In this document: positions 1-9,354 of the stretch, one piece after another
How positions within the stretch are numbered: position 1 is the stretch's first letter
Layout of the letters: every line of letters begins with the position of its first letter
Program-made: the position numbers and the translations under genes
The notes under the pieces: generated by a model
Told to the model about the DNA's origin: nothing
Databases searched by the model: none
The model's input: the letters and a program-made list of their open reading frames with translations, nothing else
Origin: Minisyncoccota bacterium
GTDB taxonomy: Bacteria; Patescibacteriota; Minisyncoccia; Phycocordibacterales; UBA5272
Length of the DNA stretch: 64,000 nucleotides
Direction: 5' to 3'
Assembly: GCA_046350775.1 (NCBI GenBank)
Contig: JAXLZS010000001.1
Coordinates: 156,379 to 220,378 of the forward strand

Positions 1-1
1 A

Positions 2-439
2 TATGAAAATAAAGTTGAAATGACAAAAGGAGTTAGAGAATTTTTAAATTTTTTAAATGAAAATAAAATCAGAAAAGCTGTAGCTACAACAGCGAGAAAT
101 AAAACTATAAAAATTCTTTTTGATAAATATGATTTATGGAAAGAGTTTGAAGTTATAGTTTGTGGTGAAGATATAGAAAAAAGTAAACCAGATCCTGAAA
201 TTTATGAAAAAGTTTTTGCTAAGCTAAACGACAATAATAATTTTGAAAAATTAGAAAAGATTGATTGTTTAGCAATAGAAGATGCGAGAAGTGGTATAGA
301 GTCTGCAAGGAATGCCGGAATAGAAGTAGTTTGTATTCCAAATGAAAATGCTTTTAATAAAGATGAAGATTTATCTATTGCAAATTATATTTGTGAAAGT
401 TTTGAGGATGAGAAATTAAGAGGAGTGGTATTAAAATAA
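2..439 (+). CDS. HAD-superfamily hydrolase (beta-phosphoglucomutase-like), C-terminal part; 5' end lies outside the window
   Basis: The reading frame is open back to position 2. HAD motifs III/IV are present: VIVCGEDIEKSKPDPEIY and IEDARSGIESARNAGIEVV. Confidence 0.55.
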   Translation, partial: YENKVEMTKGVREFLNFLNENKIRKAVATTARNKTIKILFDKYDLWKEFEVIVCGEDIEKSKPDPEIYEKVFAKLNDNNNFEKLEKIDCLAIEDARSGIESARNAGIEVVCIPNENAFNKDEDLSIANYICESFEDEKLRGVVLK

Positions 440-486
440 AAAAGCTTTTCAAAAAGAAAAGCTTTTATAAAAATACTGTTTACTGT

Positions 487-960
487 TTACTCTATCAATT
501 TGGTCTTTATCTTTAACCATAAAAAATAAAAAATCAAAGTCTTTGTAGAATTTTCATATATAATTCCAAACGTACTTCTCATTTCATTTTTTTTACACTG
601 TCCTATAGCAATACCAACAAAAGAAACCAAATCTCCTTCAGCATTACCTATAGCAATGCCAACAATAGAAAACAAATCTCTTTCAGCATTACCTATAGTA
701 ATACCAACAAGAGAAGTCAAATCTCTTTTAGCATTACCTATAGCAATACCAACAAAAGAAACCAAATCTTTTCCGGCTTTACCTATGACAAGGCCAACTA
801 AAGTAATATACTTGTACTGATATGCCAAAGCAAAAAAGAGTACAAGTGCTGGAAATAGCCAAAAGTTTAAATTATACTTTTGGACTACATAATAAAATCC
901 CCAAGTAAGTAATACAGAAAATAATACCTGTATATCTTTCAATAAATTTGATTTTCTCAT
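487..960 (-). CDS. small membrane protein with 2 N-terminal TM helices and 4-5 tandem 15-aa glycine-zipper-like repeats (VGIAIGNAxxDLxSx)
   Basis: ORF translation. The repeats GIAIGNAKRDLTSLV / GITIGNAERDLFSIV / GIAIGNAEGDLVSFV are encoded by 45-bp DNA tandem repeats. Confidence 0.45.
   Translation of the reverse strand: MRKSNLLKDIQVLFSVLLTWGFYYVVQKYNLNFWLFPALVLFFALAYQYKYITLVGLVIGKAGKDLVSFVGIAIGNAKRDLTSLVGITIGNAERDLFSIVGIAIGNAEGDLVSFVGIAIGQCKKNEMRSTFGIIYENSTKTLIFYFLWLKIKTKLIE
603..798. repeat. in-frame 45-bp tandem repeat, 4 full units plus 1 partial, inside the 487..960 gene
   Basis: Direct reading: ctatagcaataccaacaaaagaaaccaaatctccttcagcattac reiterated with point differences. Confidence 0.8.
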
Positions 961-1031
961 TTTTTATTGTTTTAGAACGTGAATAATTTTGTTTAAAATT
1001 CTGAATATATTTTATCATATATAAATCTATA

Positions 1032-1049
1032 TTGTCAAGTCTTAAAAAT
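1032..1049 (+). promoter_or_regulatory. conserved upstream motif TTGTCAAGTCTTAAAAAT (prfB); candidate promoter -35 region or regulator site
   Basis: Near-identical 18-mer also at 18044 (serS) and 21522 (dnaX). Core TTGTCAAG found at several other upstream regions. Confidence 0.55.
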
Positions 1050-1080
1050 ATCTTGATTTTAGAATATAATTTTAATAATT

Positions 1081-1977
1081 ATGAATCCTGATAAACAAAA
1101 TGTTCAAAAAGAAATAGAAAACCTTGAATCACAAATGAATAGCGCTGATTTTTGGAATGATAAAAATAAAGCGCAAGAAGTGATACAAAAAATAAAAGAA
1201 TTAAAAATGAAGCTTGAAGGAGGAAGTATTCTTGATGCTGGTGGAGCAATATTAAATATTTTAGCTGGAGCTGGCGGTGATGATAGTGAAGACTGGGCCA
1301 GAATGCTCCTTAATATGTATTTGAAATATTTTGAAAAAGAAAATTGGAGTGTAAACTTTCTTCACGAAAACAAAAATGATCATGGAGGATTTAGAAATAT
1401 ATCTTTAGAGATCGTTGGTAAAAATGTATATGGAAAATTAAAAAACGAATCTGGAGTGCATAGATTAGTAAGAATTTCACCATTTAATGCAAATGGAAAG
1501 CGTCATACAAGCTTTGCAATGGTAGAAATATTACCAATACTTCCAAAATTAGAGTTTGATAAATTTAAAAATAATATTAATTCTGATGAAATAGAAGTAG
1601 AGACTTCAAAATCAAGCGGACCAGGAGGACAGAATGTAAATAAAAGAGAAACAGCTGTGAGAGTGGTACACAGACCAACAAATATTGCAGTTCATGTATC
1701 GACAGAAAGAAGTCAGGAGCAAAATAAAGAAAAAGCTATGAATATGCTCTATGCAAAATTATTTAAAATAGAAGAAGAAAATAAAAAAGCAGAAGCTGAA
1801 GGTAGAAAAATATCTAAAATTACCGAAATAGAATGGGGGAATCAGATCAGAAACTATGTCCTTCATCCATATAAACTCGTAAAAGATTTAAGGACAAATA
1901 TTGAAACAAGTGACATCGATAAAATTTTAGAAAAAGGGGATTTGGAAGAATTTATTGAAGCAGAAAAGAATATTTAA
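1081..1977 (+). CDS. prfB: peptide chain release factor 2 (short form; no programmed +1 frameshift)
   Basis: SPF tripeptide (RISPFNANGKRHTSF) and GGQ motif (SSGPGGQNVNKRETAVRVVHRPT). It is a single uninterrupted ORF, and the promoter-like motif lies only 48 nt upstream. Confidence 0.85.
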   Translation: MNPDKQNVQKEIENLESQMNSADFWNDKNKAQEVIQKIKELKMKLEGGSILDAGGAILNILAGAGGDDSEDWARMLLNMYLKYFEKENWSVNFLHENKNDHGGFRNISLEIVGKNVYGKLKNESGVHRLVRISPFNANGKRHTSFAMVEILPILPKLEFDKFKNNINSDEIEVETSKSSGPGGQNVNKRETAVRVVHRPTNIAVHVSTERSQEQNKEKAMNMLYAKLFKIEEENKKAEAEGRKISKITEIEWGNQIRNYVLHPYKLVKDLRTNIETSDIDKILEKGDLEEFIEAEKNI

Positions 1978-2054
1978 TTTTTTGTTAATAACTTTTTTGA
2001 GAAGTTTTAATATATGATAGAATTAAAAATGTAATAAATAAGCGCTTTTATTTT

Positions 2055-2735
2055 ATGCTTTACTTCGAAAATGTAAGAAAAGAATATCCTGGAGGATTTA
2101 TCGTCTTAGACGATATTAATTTGACCATAGATAAAGGTGAACTTGTATCTGTTGTGGGACATTCTGGGGCCGGAAAGACTACTCTTATAAAGATGATACT
2201 AGCAGAAGAGAAACCAACTCACGGAAAAATATCTTTTAATTCTAGTCAGATACATAAATTAAAAGGAAATAAATTAGTAGATTTTCGTAGAAAAATAGGA
2301 ATGGTATTCCAGGATTTTAGATTATTATCAAATAGGACTGTGTTTGAAAACATTGCTTTTGCGATGGAGGCTTCTGGGAAAACAGATGAGGAAATACGCA
2401 AAGACGTACCTCATGTTCTTGATCTTGTGGATCTCGGAAATAAAATTTCCCATTTTCCAGATCAGCTCTCAGGCGGAGAAAAACAGCGTGTAGCCATAGC
2501 AAGAGCCCTTGTAAATAGACCAGAAATAATCATAGCTGATGAGCCTACAGGAAATCTTGATCCTGTGAATACTTATGACATTATACAAATATTGAAAAAA
2601 ATAAATGATCTAGGGACTACAGTCATATTAACTACCCACAACAAAGGCATCATAGATCACCTAAAGAAAAGAGTGATAACCATGGAAGATGGTAAAATAG
2701 TGAAAGATGAAAAAATAGGAAAATACTCAATTTAA
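2055..2735 (+). CDS. ftsE: cell-division ABC ATPase FtsE
   Basis: Walker [13 protein letters not shown] signature [15 protein letters not shown], Walker [13 protein letters not shown]. It is adjacent to ftsX. Confidence 0.85.
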   Translation: MLYFENVRKEYPGGFIVLDDINLTIDKGELVSVVGHSGAGKTTLIKMILAEEKPTHGKISFNSSQIHKLKGNKLVDFRRKIGMVFQDFRLLSNRTVFENIAFAMEASGKTDEEIRKDVPHVLDLVDLGNKISHFPDQLSGGEKQRVAIARALVNRPEIIIADEPTGNLDPVNTYDIIQILKKINDLGTTVILTTHNKGIIDHLKKRVITMEDGKIVKDEKIGKYSI

Positions 2736-2748
2736 ATTTTAATAAAAT

Positions 2749-3672
2749 ATGAAAATAACAATCAAAAGAATATTTAGATCCGGATTAAAAAGTTTTTTAA
2801 GAAACAAGACTGTATCTATATCTTCAGTCGGAATATTGACTACTACTCTAGTGATAATAGGGATATTTTTCTTTTTCAGAGGTATTTTTGATTATACTGT
2901 TGGTGAAATTAGAGATAAATTAGACATAAAAATCTCATTTAAATTAAATGCTGATTATGCTGATATAAATCAAATAAAAGATAAAATATCATCTATGCCA
3001 GAAGTAAAGTCTGCGACTCTCACTACCTCAGAAGATGCTCTCGAAATATTTAAGAAAAATCACTCAAATGATCCTGTGGCTTTGCAAGCATTGGATGAGA
3101 TAGGCTACAATCCTTTTCCAGCTTATCTCACTATCAATGCCCAAGATATAACGAGCTATGAGACTATATCTCAATCTCTAGATTCAGGATCAGAGTTTTT
3201 AGGTAATTCATACTCTATTATTGGAGATATAAATTATTATAAATTGAAATCAAGTATAGATAAATTAAATAATATCGTAAATTGGATAAATACTATAGGA
3301 TATTGGATTACTTTGATTTTTATAATATTGAGCGCCCTTATAGTTTTTAATACCATAAGATTGTCCATCTTTATTTATAAAGACGAAATATCGGTTATGA
3401 AGCTTGTAGGTGCTTCAAATATGTATATAAGAGGACCATTTTTGATAGAGGCTGCTATATACGCAGTGTCATCTTCTATATTATCAATGATATTATTTTG
3501 GCCCATGACTTATTATTTATCAAAAAAGACAATCTTATTCCTTAATGGTTTAAATATTTATAAATATTACACAGACAATTTTCTTTCTTTATTTTTCATA
3601 TTACTAGTCATGAGTTTAGCTCTTTCTTTTATATCTTGTCTCTTAGCTATTAGAAGATATTTGAAAATATAG
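2749..3672 (+). CDS. ftsX: cell-division permease FtsX
   Basis: N-terminal TM helix, a large extracytoplasmic loop and three C-terminal TM helices. It lies immediately downstream of ftsE. Confidence 0.8.
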   Translation: MKITIKRIFRSGLKSFLRNKTVSISSVGILTTTLVIIGIFFFFRGIFDYTVGEIRDKLDIKISFKLNADYADINQIKDKISSMPEVKSATLTTSEDALEIFKKNHSNDPVALQALDEIGYNPFPAYLTINAQDITSYETISQSLDSGSEFLGNSYSIIGDINYYKLKSSIDKLNNIVNWINTIGYWITLIFIILSALIVFNTIRLSIFIYKDEISVMKLVGASNMYIRGPFLIEAAIYAVSSSILSMILFWPMTYYLSKKTILFLNGLNIYKYYTDNFLSLFFILLVMSLALSFISCLLAIRRYLKI

Positions 3673-3749
3673 ATTTTTATCATGATATAATATTGTGATA
3701 CAAAGTCGACAATTATTTATTAAAATTTTTAGTTCACAAAAATTAATTT

Positions 3750-6104
3750 ATGTTATCAAAATCATCACAAAGAGTTTTTCTTTTTGTATCACTTTTTCTA
3801 GGGCTGTTTAGTTTGTCTTATTTTTCTTTCTTTAAAATTCCTTTTATCTTAAAATATTTATCAATAGATGCTGAAAAAAGTTTTATTTTTAGCATAGTGA
3901 GTCTTTTGTCAATTATTTCTTTTTATATTTATTTGATAATGAAAAAACAAATAAGTCTTCCTGAAAATAAATATGTAAAATGGTTGTTTATTGCTACTCC
4001 AGTAGCGATCCTACTGTCCTCTTTATTTTCTGGTAGTTTATCTGTTTCTTTTTTTGGTAAATATATCTCAATTCAAAATGCCGCATCATTCTTATCTATC
4101 GCTTTTCTGGTTTATATTTTATCTGCTTATCTTAAAAAGTTTAAAAGATTTGCCTGGACAGTTTTTATGGTTAGTAATTTTTTATTGACCTTACCAGTAA
4201 TATTGGCGGTACTTTTTTCAAAGTTCAATCTATTCAATATTGCCAACAAATTGGTCATTTTTGTAGATAATTGGGACACTGTCGCTATAATCTCCAGCAC
4301 TCTTTTAATAGTCACTCTAGTATACTTCGAGACAATAGCTTTTTCCAGAAAGCAAAAAATAATATCTGCCAGCATAATTTTTATACATCTAATTTTAATT
4401 ATTTGCATAATAATTCCAGATATTTGGTACGCTTTAGCATTTTCTTCTCTAGGTATCTTACTTATCTCCTTGTTTACTGACAGATCAAAAAATCAAAAAA
4501 TTAATATTTATAAAAAACTTTCTTTATATGTCTTTATAATATCAATATTTTTCGCACTGGCTTTTACTATACAAAATAGTAAAATACAAAATTTCTCTAA
4601 AAAAATAATTAATTTTACAGAAAAATATTCTGGTATTCATTACAATTTTGTTAAACCAAAATTGGGTATAAGTCTAGATCTTGGATTTACAGAATTGAGA
4701 AAGGGTAAAATATTTGGATCTGGTCCAGCTAGCTTTGACAGTGTCTGGCAAAAAGAAAAACCAGATTCAGTGATCGCTTCATCTTATTGGAATACTACTT
4801 TTACATCATCATATTCGGCTTTTACTACATTACTAGTAACTCTGGGAATAGTAGGGATATTGTTGCTTTTATTAATCATAGTCACAATATTTATCAGTAT
4901 TATTAAAAGCCTAAAAAAAGATTCAGAAAATTCTTATCTTGGACATGACGATGAGGATAGATTTTATTTCATATCATCGGTCGCTTTATTTATATTTAGT
5001 ACCACATCAATGTTTGTATTTACAAATATAGTCATATCTATAATAATATTCTCTTTATCTGTAGCTTTTGTGACATCAAATACGACAACATGGAAAGACA
5101 AAGAATCTACAAAATTAATTAATGGTATATTTTTATCTATCTTAATTATAGCCTTACTCGGAACATTGATTTCTATTAATAGAGTCAGAAGTACTTCTGT
5201 GTCATTGAGAGCAATAAATAATTATCAAATCGACAATGATATATCTAAATTGGAATCCGGACTTAGAAAAGCCGCTAGACTATCAGGAGATGATAATGAT
5301 TATAGAACTTTAACTCAATTCTATATATATAAAGCGGGAAGAATTTTAAATTCTACACCTGCGACTTCTACTGCAAATGAATTACAAAAAAATATTTTAG
5401 ATTCTGTAAATGAGGCCATCTCATCAGCAAATACGGCTATAAATATAGACAATCAAAATTATAATAATTATATAACCTTGGGATCTGTTTATAATTTTTT
5501 GATGTCTATAGGAGGGCAAAATAGAGACTCTTATTATCAAAAAGCAAAGGATAATTATTCTAAAGCTTTAAATCTTTACCCTAAAGATCCATCTACTTCT
5601 TTAACTATGGCCAGCTTAGAATATTCTTACAATCAAAACGCTACTACTACACTAGAAAATATAAAAAGGGCCCTAAATATAAAACCAAATTTTTCTACAG
5701 CATATTATGTCTTATCGCAATTAGCGGTACAATATAATGACAGAAATTCAGCAATACAATACGCTGCCCAAGCTATCCAGACAGATCCTAAAAATATAGA
5801 AGCCTATATGCAATATGGCATCTTGGTATTAAATAAAAAAGATTTGAATCAAGATGATTTAAATCAAGCATATTCAGCTTTTATGTCTGTGTTAAATATT
5901 GATCCAAATAATGTGACTGCTGCTTATTATTTATCTATCACATATATATTGGCGAAAGATTTTGATCATGCTCAATCATTGATCAATATATTACAAAAAG
6001 TATTGCCAAATGACCAAAAAATTAAAGATTTACAATCTTTCTTAAACACACAAAAAAATGGAGTGCCTACAGCCTCAACAACTAAAAAAACTATTAAAAA
6101 ATAG
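3750..6104 (+). CDS. large polytopic membrane protein (more than 10 TM helices) with C-terminal TPR-like repeats; possibly O-antigen-ligase/glycosyltransferase-like
   Basis: Hydrophobic N-terminal ~450 aa. The C-terminus carries repeated YxxAxxxYxKALNLxP-type TPR signatures. Confidence 0.45.
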   Translation: MLSKSSQRVFLFVSLFLGLFSLSYFSFFKIPFILKYLSIDAEKSFIFSIVSLLSIISFYIYLIMKKQISLPENKYVKWLFIATPVAILLSSLFSGSLSVSFFGKYISIQNAASFLSIAFLVYILSAYLKKFKRFAWTVFMVSNFLLTLPVILAVLFSKFNLFNIANKLVIFVDNWDTVAIISSTLLIVTLVYFETIAFSRKQKIISASIIFIHLILIICIIIPDIWYALAFSSLGILLISLFTDRSKNQKINIYKKLSLYVFIISIFFALAFTIQNSKIQNFSKKIINFTEKYSGIHYNFVKPKLGISLDLGFTELRKGKIFGSGPASFDSVWQKEKPDSVIASSYWNTTFTSSYSAFTTLLVTLGIVGILLLLLIIVTIFISIIKSLKKDSENSYLGHDDEDRFYFISSVALFIFSTTSMFVFTNIVISIIIFSLSVAFVTSNTTTWKDKESTKLINGIFLSILIIALLGTLISINRVRSTSVSLRAINNYQIDNDISKLESGLRKAARLSGDDNDYRTLTQFYIYKAGRILNSTPATSTANELQKNILDSVNEAISSANTAINIDNQNYNNYITLGSVYNFLMSIGGQNRDSYYQKAKDNYSKALNLYPKDPSTSLTMASLEYSYNQNATTTLENIKRALNIKPNFSTAYYVLSQLAVQYNDRNSAIQYAAQAIQTDPKNIEAYMQYGILVLNKKDLNQDDLNQAYSAFMSVLNIDPNNVTAAYYLSITYILAKDFDHAQSLINILQKVLPNDQKIKDLQSFLNTQKNGVPTASTTKKTIKK

Positions 6105-6120
6105 TAAAAGATAAAATAAG

Positions 6121-6149
6121 AAACAACCAAATTTAAAAGGTTGTTTTTT
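6121..6149 (+). terminator. rho-independent terminator after the TPR membrane protein gene
   Basis: aaacaacc-aaatttaaaa-ggttgtt stem-loop followed by TTTTTTATTATTT. Confidence 0.6.
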
Positions 6150-6175
6150 ATTATTTCATGATATAATCAAAAAAT

Positions 6176-7192
6176 ATGAAAGAAAAAAAAGTTTTGGTAT
6201 CTGGTGTCCAATCTAGCGGGCAGCTACATATCGGAAATTATTTCGGAGCTATCAAGCAAATGGTCGACCTTGTAAACACAGGAGAGTATGAATCTTATAT
6301 ATTCTTAGCCGATTATCACTCAATGACGTCTCTTACAAATAGAGAAGAAAGGCTAAAAAATACTTTCGAGAGTGTCGCTAGTTATTTGGCGTGCGGACTT
6401 AATCCTAAAAAAGTAAATATTTTTAAACAAAGCGATGTAAAACAAGTGACAGAACTTGCTTGGATATTAAATACAGTGACTCCAATACCCATGCTATTTT
6501 TATCTCATGCATTTAAAGATAAAAAAGAAAGCGATGTAGAAAAAATGAAGGATGTAAATGTCGGACTTTTTGATTATCCTGTACTCATGGCGGCGGATAT
6601 ATTAATTTATAATGCAGATGTGGTACCAGTTGGTAAAGATCAAGAGCAACACATAGAATACACAAGAGATATAGCTGGAAAATATAATAGAGCTTATAAT
6701 GTAAATACTTTTAAATCTCCAAAAAGTTATTCAGTAAAAGGTATGGAGACAGTTTTAGGTGTTGATGGTAATAAAATGGCCAAAAGTAAAGGTAACCAAA
6801 TATCAATGTTTGCGCCAGAAGAAGAAATAAAAAAGAAAGTAATGAGTATCACAACAGACAGCAAACTCCCAAATGAAATAAAGAATCCTGACGAAAATAA
6901 TATTTATAAAATTCATAAATTATTCTTAAATAAAGAAGAAGATAGATTGTTAAGAGAAAAATTTGAAAATAGCGACAAAATTCCTTACGGATATAAAGAG
7001 GCAAAAGAAGATTTGTTAAAGACTATACTTTCATATTTTAAAGATATGAGAAAAAAATATGAATATTATACGAGCACAACAAAAGGCAAAAAGGAAGTGA
7101 TGTCAGTCATGAAAAATGGGACTAAAAAAGCAAACAAAAAAGCTGAAGAAATGATGAAGAAAGTTAGAAAAGAAGTTGGTCTTGATTTTTAA
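6176..7192 (+). CDS. trpS: tryptophanyl-tRNA synthetase
   Basis: Class I HIGH motif (GQLHIGNYFGA) and KMSKS variant (KMAKSKGN). TrpRS-typical VLVSGVQSSG N-terminus. Confidence 0.85.
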   Translation: MKEKKVLVSGVQSSGQLHIGNYFGAIKQMVDLVNTGEYESYIFLADYHSMTSLTNREERLKNTFESVASYLACGLNPKKVNIFKQSDVKQVTELAWILNTVTPIPMLFLSHAFKDKKESDVEKMKDVNVGLFDYPVLMAADILIYNADVVPVGKDQEQHIEYTRDIAGKYNRAYNVNTFKSPKSYSVKGMETVLGVDGNKMAKSKGNQISMFAPEEEIKKKVMSITTDSKLPNEIKNPDENNIYKIHKLFLNKEEDRLLREKFENSDKIPYGYKEAKEDLLKTILSYFKDMRKKYEYYTSTTKGKKEVMSVMKNGTKKANKKAEEMMKKVRKEVGLDF

Positions 7193-7246
7193 TTTTCTTA
7201 ACTTATCATTTTAATTAGCTTAGTTAAAATGATAATATAATTAGAT

Positions 7247-8545
7247 ATGAAGAAAAAATTTTTAATATTTTTTATATTTGCTATTTTATTTTTGGAGATA
7301 CATGTCTCTTTAGCTATTACAAAACCAAAGTATTTACCAAATGCAAATTTCTCTTATTCTGTGTGGATACCATATTGGGCTAGATGGGGAGGGGTGGACG
7401 AATTGTTGGCTACAAACACTTCAAATGGTCTAGTATATAATTCGAATTTTAATTCAAATAATACTAATTCATCCTTTTTTGGAGCCACGACATCAAAAAT
7501 GAATATAGATAAAATTGATATTATCTCTCCATTTACTTTTGAAGTTGATGGTACAGGAGCCTTTTTAGATAAAGGAAAAATGAATCAAGATGCTTTTGAT
7601 ACTCTTATAAAAATAGCTCAAGCTAAAAAAATAAAAATATATCCTACTGTGCTCTGGGGAAATGCTGAGCAGATGAGTAAAGTCTTGGCAGACAAGGATC
7701 TTCAGCAGGCGATATTGTCAGATATAGAATACTATTTAAATAAATATAATCTTGATGGTATAGATATTGATTTTGAAGGTAAAAAATCCTCTACTAAAGA
7801 TAATTTTTCATCTTTATTAAAATTGGTATCTACAAGTCTTCATAAAAAAAATAAAGGTATGATTTGTACAATAGAGGCTCGTACACCTTTAGTTGATAAT
7901 TATTTAAAACTAACTAAAAAAACTATAACTAATGTGGAATTTGCTAATGATTATTCTGTTATTGGAAAATATTGTGACCAAGTTAGAATCATGGCTTATG
8001 ATCAGATGGGTAGTGATATGTCACTTAACAATCAAAACAAAAATACATACTATAGGCCAGTAGCTGATATAAATTGGGTGGAAAGAGTTATAAAAAATAC
8101 TATAACTTATGGAATTCCAGCAAATAAAATTGTCTTAGGAGTAGCGACTTATGGATACAAATTTGAAGTATCCACCTCTACGGCTACTACCACAAATATA
8201 AATACTCCAGATAAATATGGGAGCATACTTTTAAATAATCAATCTAAATACTCATACAGTAGAATAGGAAGTATAAATTATAGCTTTGCTGATCAGCTGG
8301 CAAAATCTTTAAATATAAATCCAACCAGAAATAATGGAGGCGAATTAGAATTTTCATATTCTTCTACTACAGATATATCAAATTCTACTCCTGGAGTTTT
8401 AAAAACTTACTATGTGGAATATTCCGATAGTAAAGCTATAGAACAAAAAATATCTTTGGCTAAAAAATATAAATTAGCTGGCATTTCTATCTTTAAAATA
8501 GATGGAAACAACGATCATAATATCTGGAATATTATAAAAAGATAA
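7247..8545 (+). CDS. secreted glycoside hydrolase family 18-like protein (chitinase / peptidoglycan hydrolase fold)
   Basis: Signal peptide present. Exact DxxDxDxE GH18 catalytic motif in LDGIDIDFEGK. Confidence 0.6.
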   Translation: MKKKFLIFFIFAILFLEIHVSLAITKPKYLPNANFSYSVWIPYWARWGGVDELLATNTSNGLVYNSNFNSNNTNSSFFGATTSKMNIDKIDIISPFTFEVDGTGAFLDKGKMNQDAFDTLIKIAQAKKIKIYPTVLWGNAEQMSKVLADKDLQQAILSDIEYYLNKYNLDGIDIDFEGKKSSTKDNFSSLLKLVSTSLHKKNKGMICTIEARTPLVDNYLKLTKKTITNVEFANDYSVIGKYCDQVRIMAYDQMGSDMSLNNQNKNTYYRPVADINWVERVIKNTITYGIPANKIVLGVATYGYKFEVSTSTATTTNINTPDKYGSILLNNQSKYSYSRIGSINYSFADQLAKSLNINPTRNNGGELEFSYSSTTDISNSTPGVLKTYYVEYSDSKAIEQKISLAKKYKLAGISIFKIDGNNDHNIWNIIKR

Positions 8546-8575
8546 ATTTTATCTTATATGATATAATTTAAAATT

Positions 8576-9319
8576 ATGTCAGAGATATTTAATGTAAATC
8601 TAGAACGCTTTTCTGGACCATATTTTAAGCTTTTAGAAATGATTGAAGAAAGAAAACTTTCTATCAACGAGTTTTCTTTATCTCAAATCACAGATGATTA
8701 TATATCTTATATAAAAGAGCTAGAAAATAAAGGCCGAAAAGACATAGTCGATATTTCTCAATTTATTTCTGTGGCTTCTACTCTTATGCTTATAAAAGCA
8801 AAATCATTATTTCCAAATCTTGAATACACAGAAGAAGAAAAAGAGGCCGTCAGTAATCTAGAAAAAAAACTAGAACTTTATAAAATAATGATGGAAGCCA
8901 CAAAAAATATCAATAAAAATTATAATAAAAAAATCATGTCTTCTATTTCTAAATTTGAAAATGAAGAGTCAGTTTTTGTTTGGGATGATAGATTAAATAC
9001 AAATTTACTACATTCTATTTCTATAGCATCTTTACTTAAAATACCTAAAAAAGAAAAACTAAAACAAGTTGCTGTAAGACAAGTCTTAAAAATAGAAGAT
9101 GTCATCGAGACATTATTAGAAAGAGTTAAAAAAAGTTTGAGTCTTTCATTTAAAGAATTTTCTAGCTCTATGTCTAATGAAGCAAAAAATTTTGAAGAAA
9201 AAAAATCTGCTTTTATAGTATCATTTTTAGCTATGTTAGAACTTATTAAAAATGGTTTACTGAATGCTGATCAGACTGGTGATCACAATGAGATACGCAT
9301 CTCCAATATAAGTAAATAA
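8576..9319 (+). CDS. scpA: segregation and condensation protein A
   Basis: N-terminal FSGPYFKLLEMIEERKLSINEFSLSQITDDYISYI matches the ScpA kleisin N-terminus. It is followed by scpB. Confidence 0.7.
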   Translation: MSEIFNVNLERFSGPYFKLLEMIEERKLSINEFSLSQITDDYISYIKELENKGRKDIVDISQFISVASTLMLIKAKSLFPNLEYTEEEKEAVSNLEKKLELYKIMMEATKNINKNYNKKIMSSISKFENEESVFVWDDRLNTNLLHSISIASLLKIPKKEKLKQVAVRQVLKIEDVIETLLERVKKSLSLSFKEFSSSMSNEAKNFEEKKSAFIVSFLAMLELIKNGLLNADQTGDHNEIRISNISK

Positions 9320-9354
9320 AATATTTTGATTTAAATGATATAATAATAAAAAAT

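Noticed and set aside
474-492. tactgtt tactgtt tact micro-repeat near the 3' end of the 487 gene
   Set aside because: Only about 2.5 copies of a 7-mer. Likely chance or simple slippage with no functional implication.
603-798. Tandem repeats considered as a CRISPR array
   Set aside because: The units are contiguous 45-bp in-frame coding repeats with no spacers, and they lie inside an ORF.
961-1080. Upstream frameshifted N-terminal ORF for prfB (classical +1 frameshift)
   Set aside because: The promoter-like element lies 48 nt upstream of the ATG, there is no CUU-UGA slippery site, and the gene is one continuous ORF.
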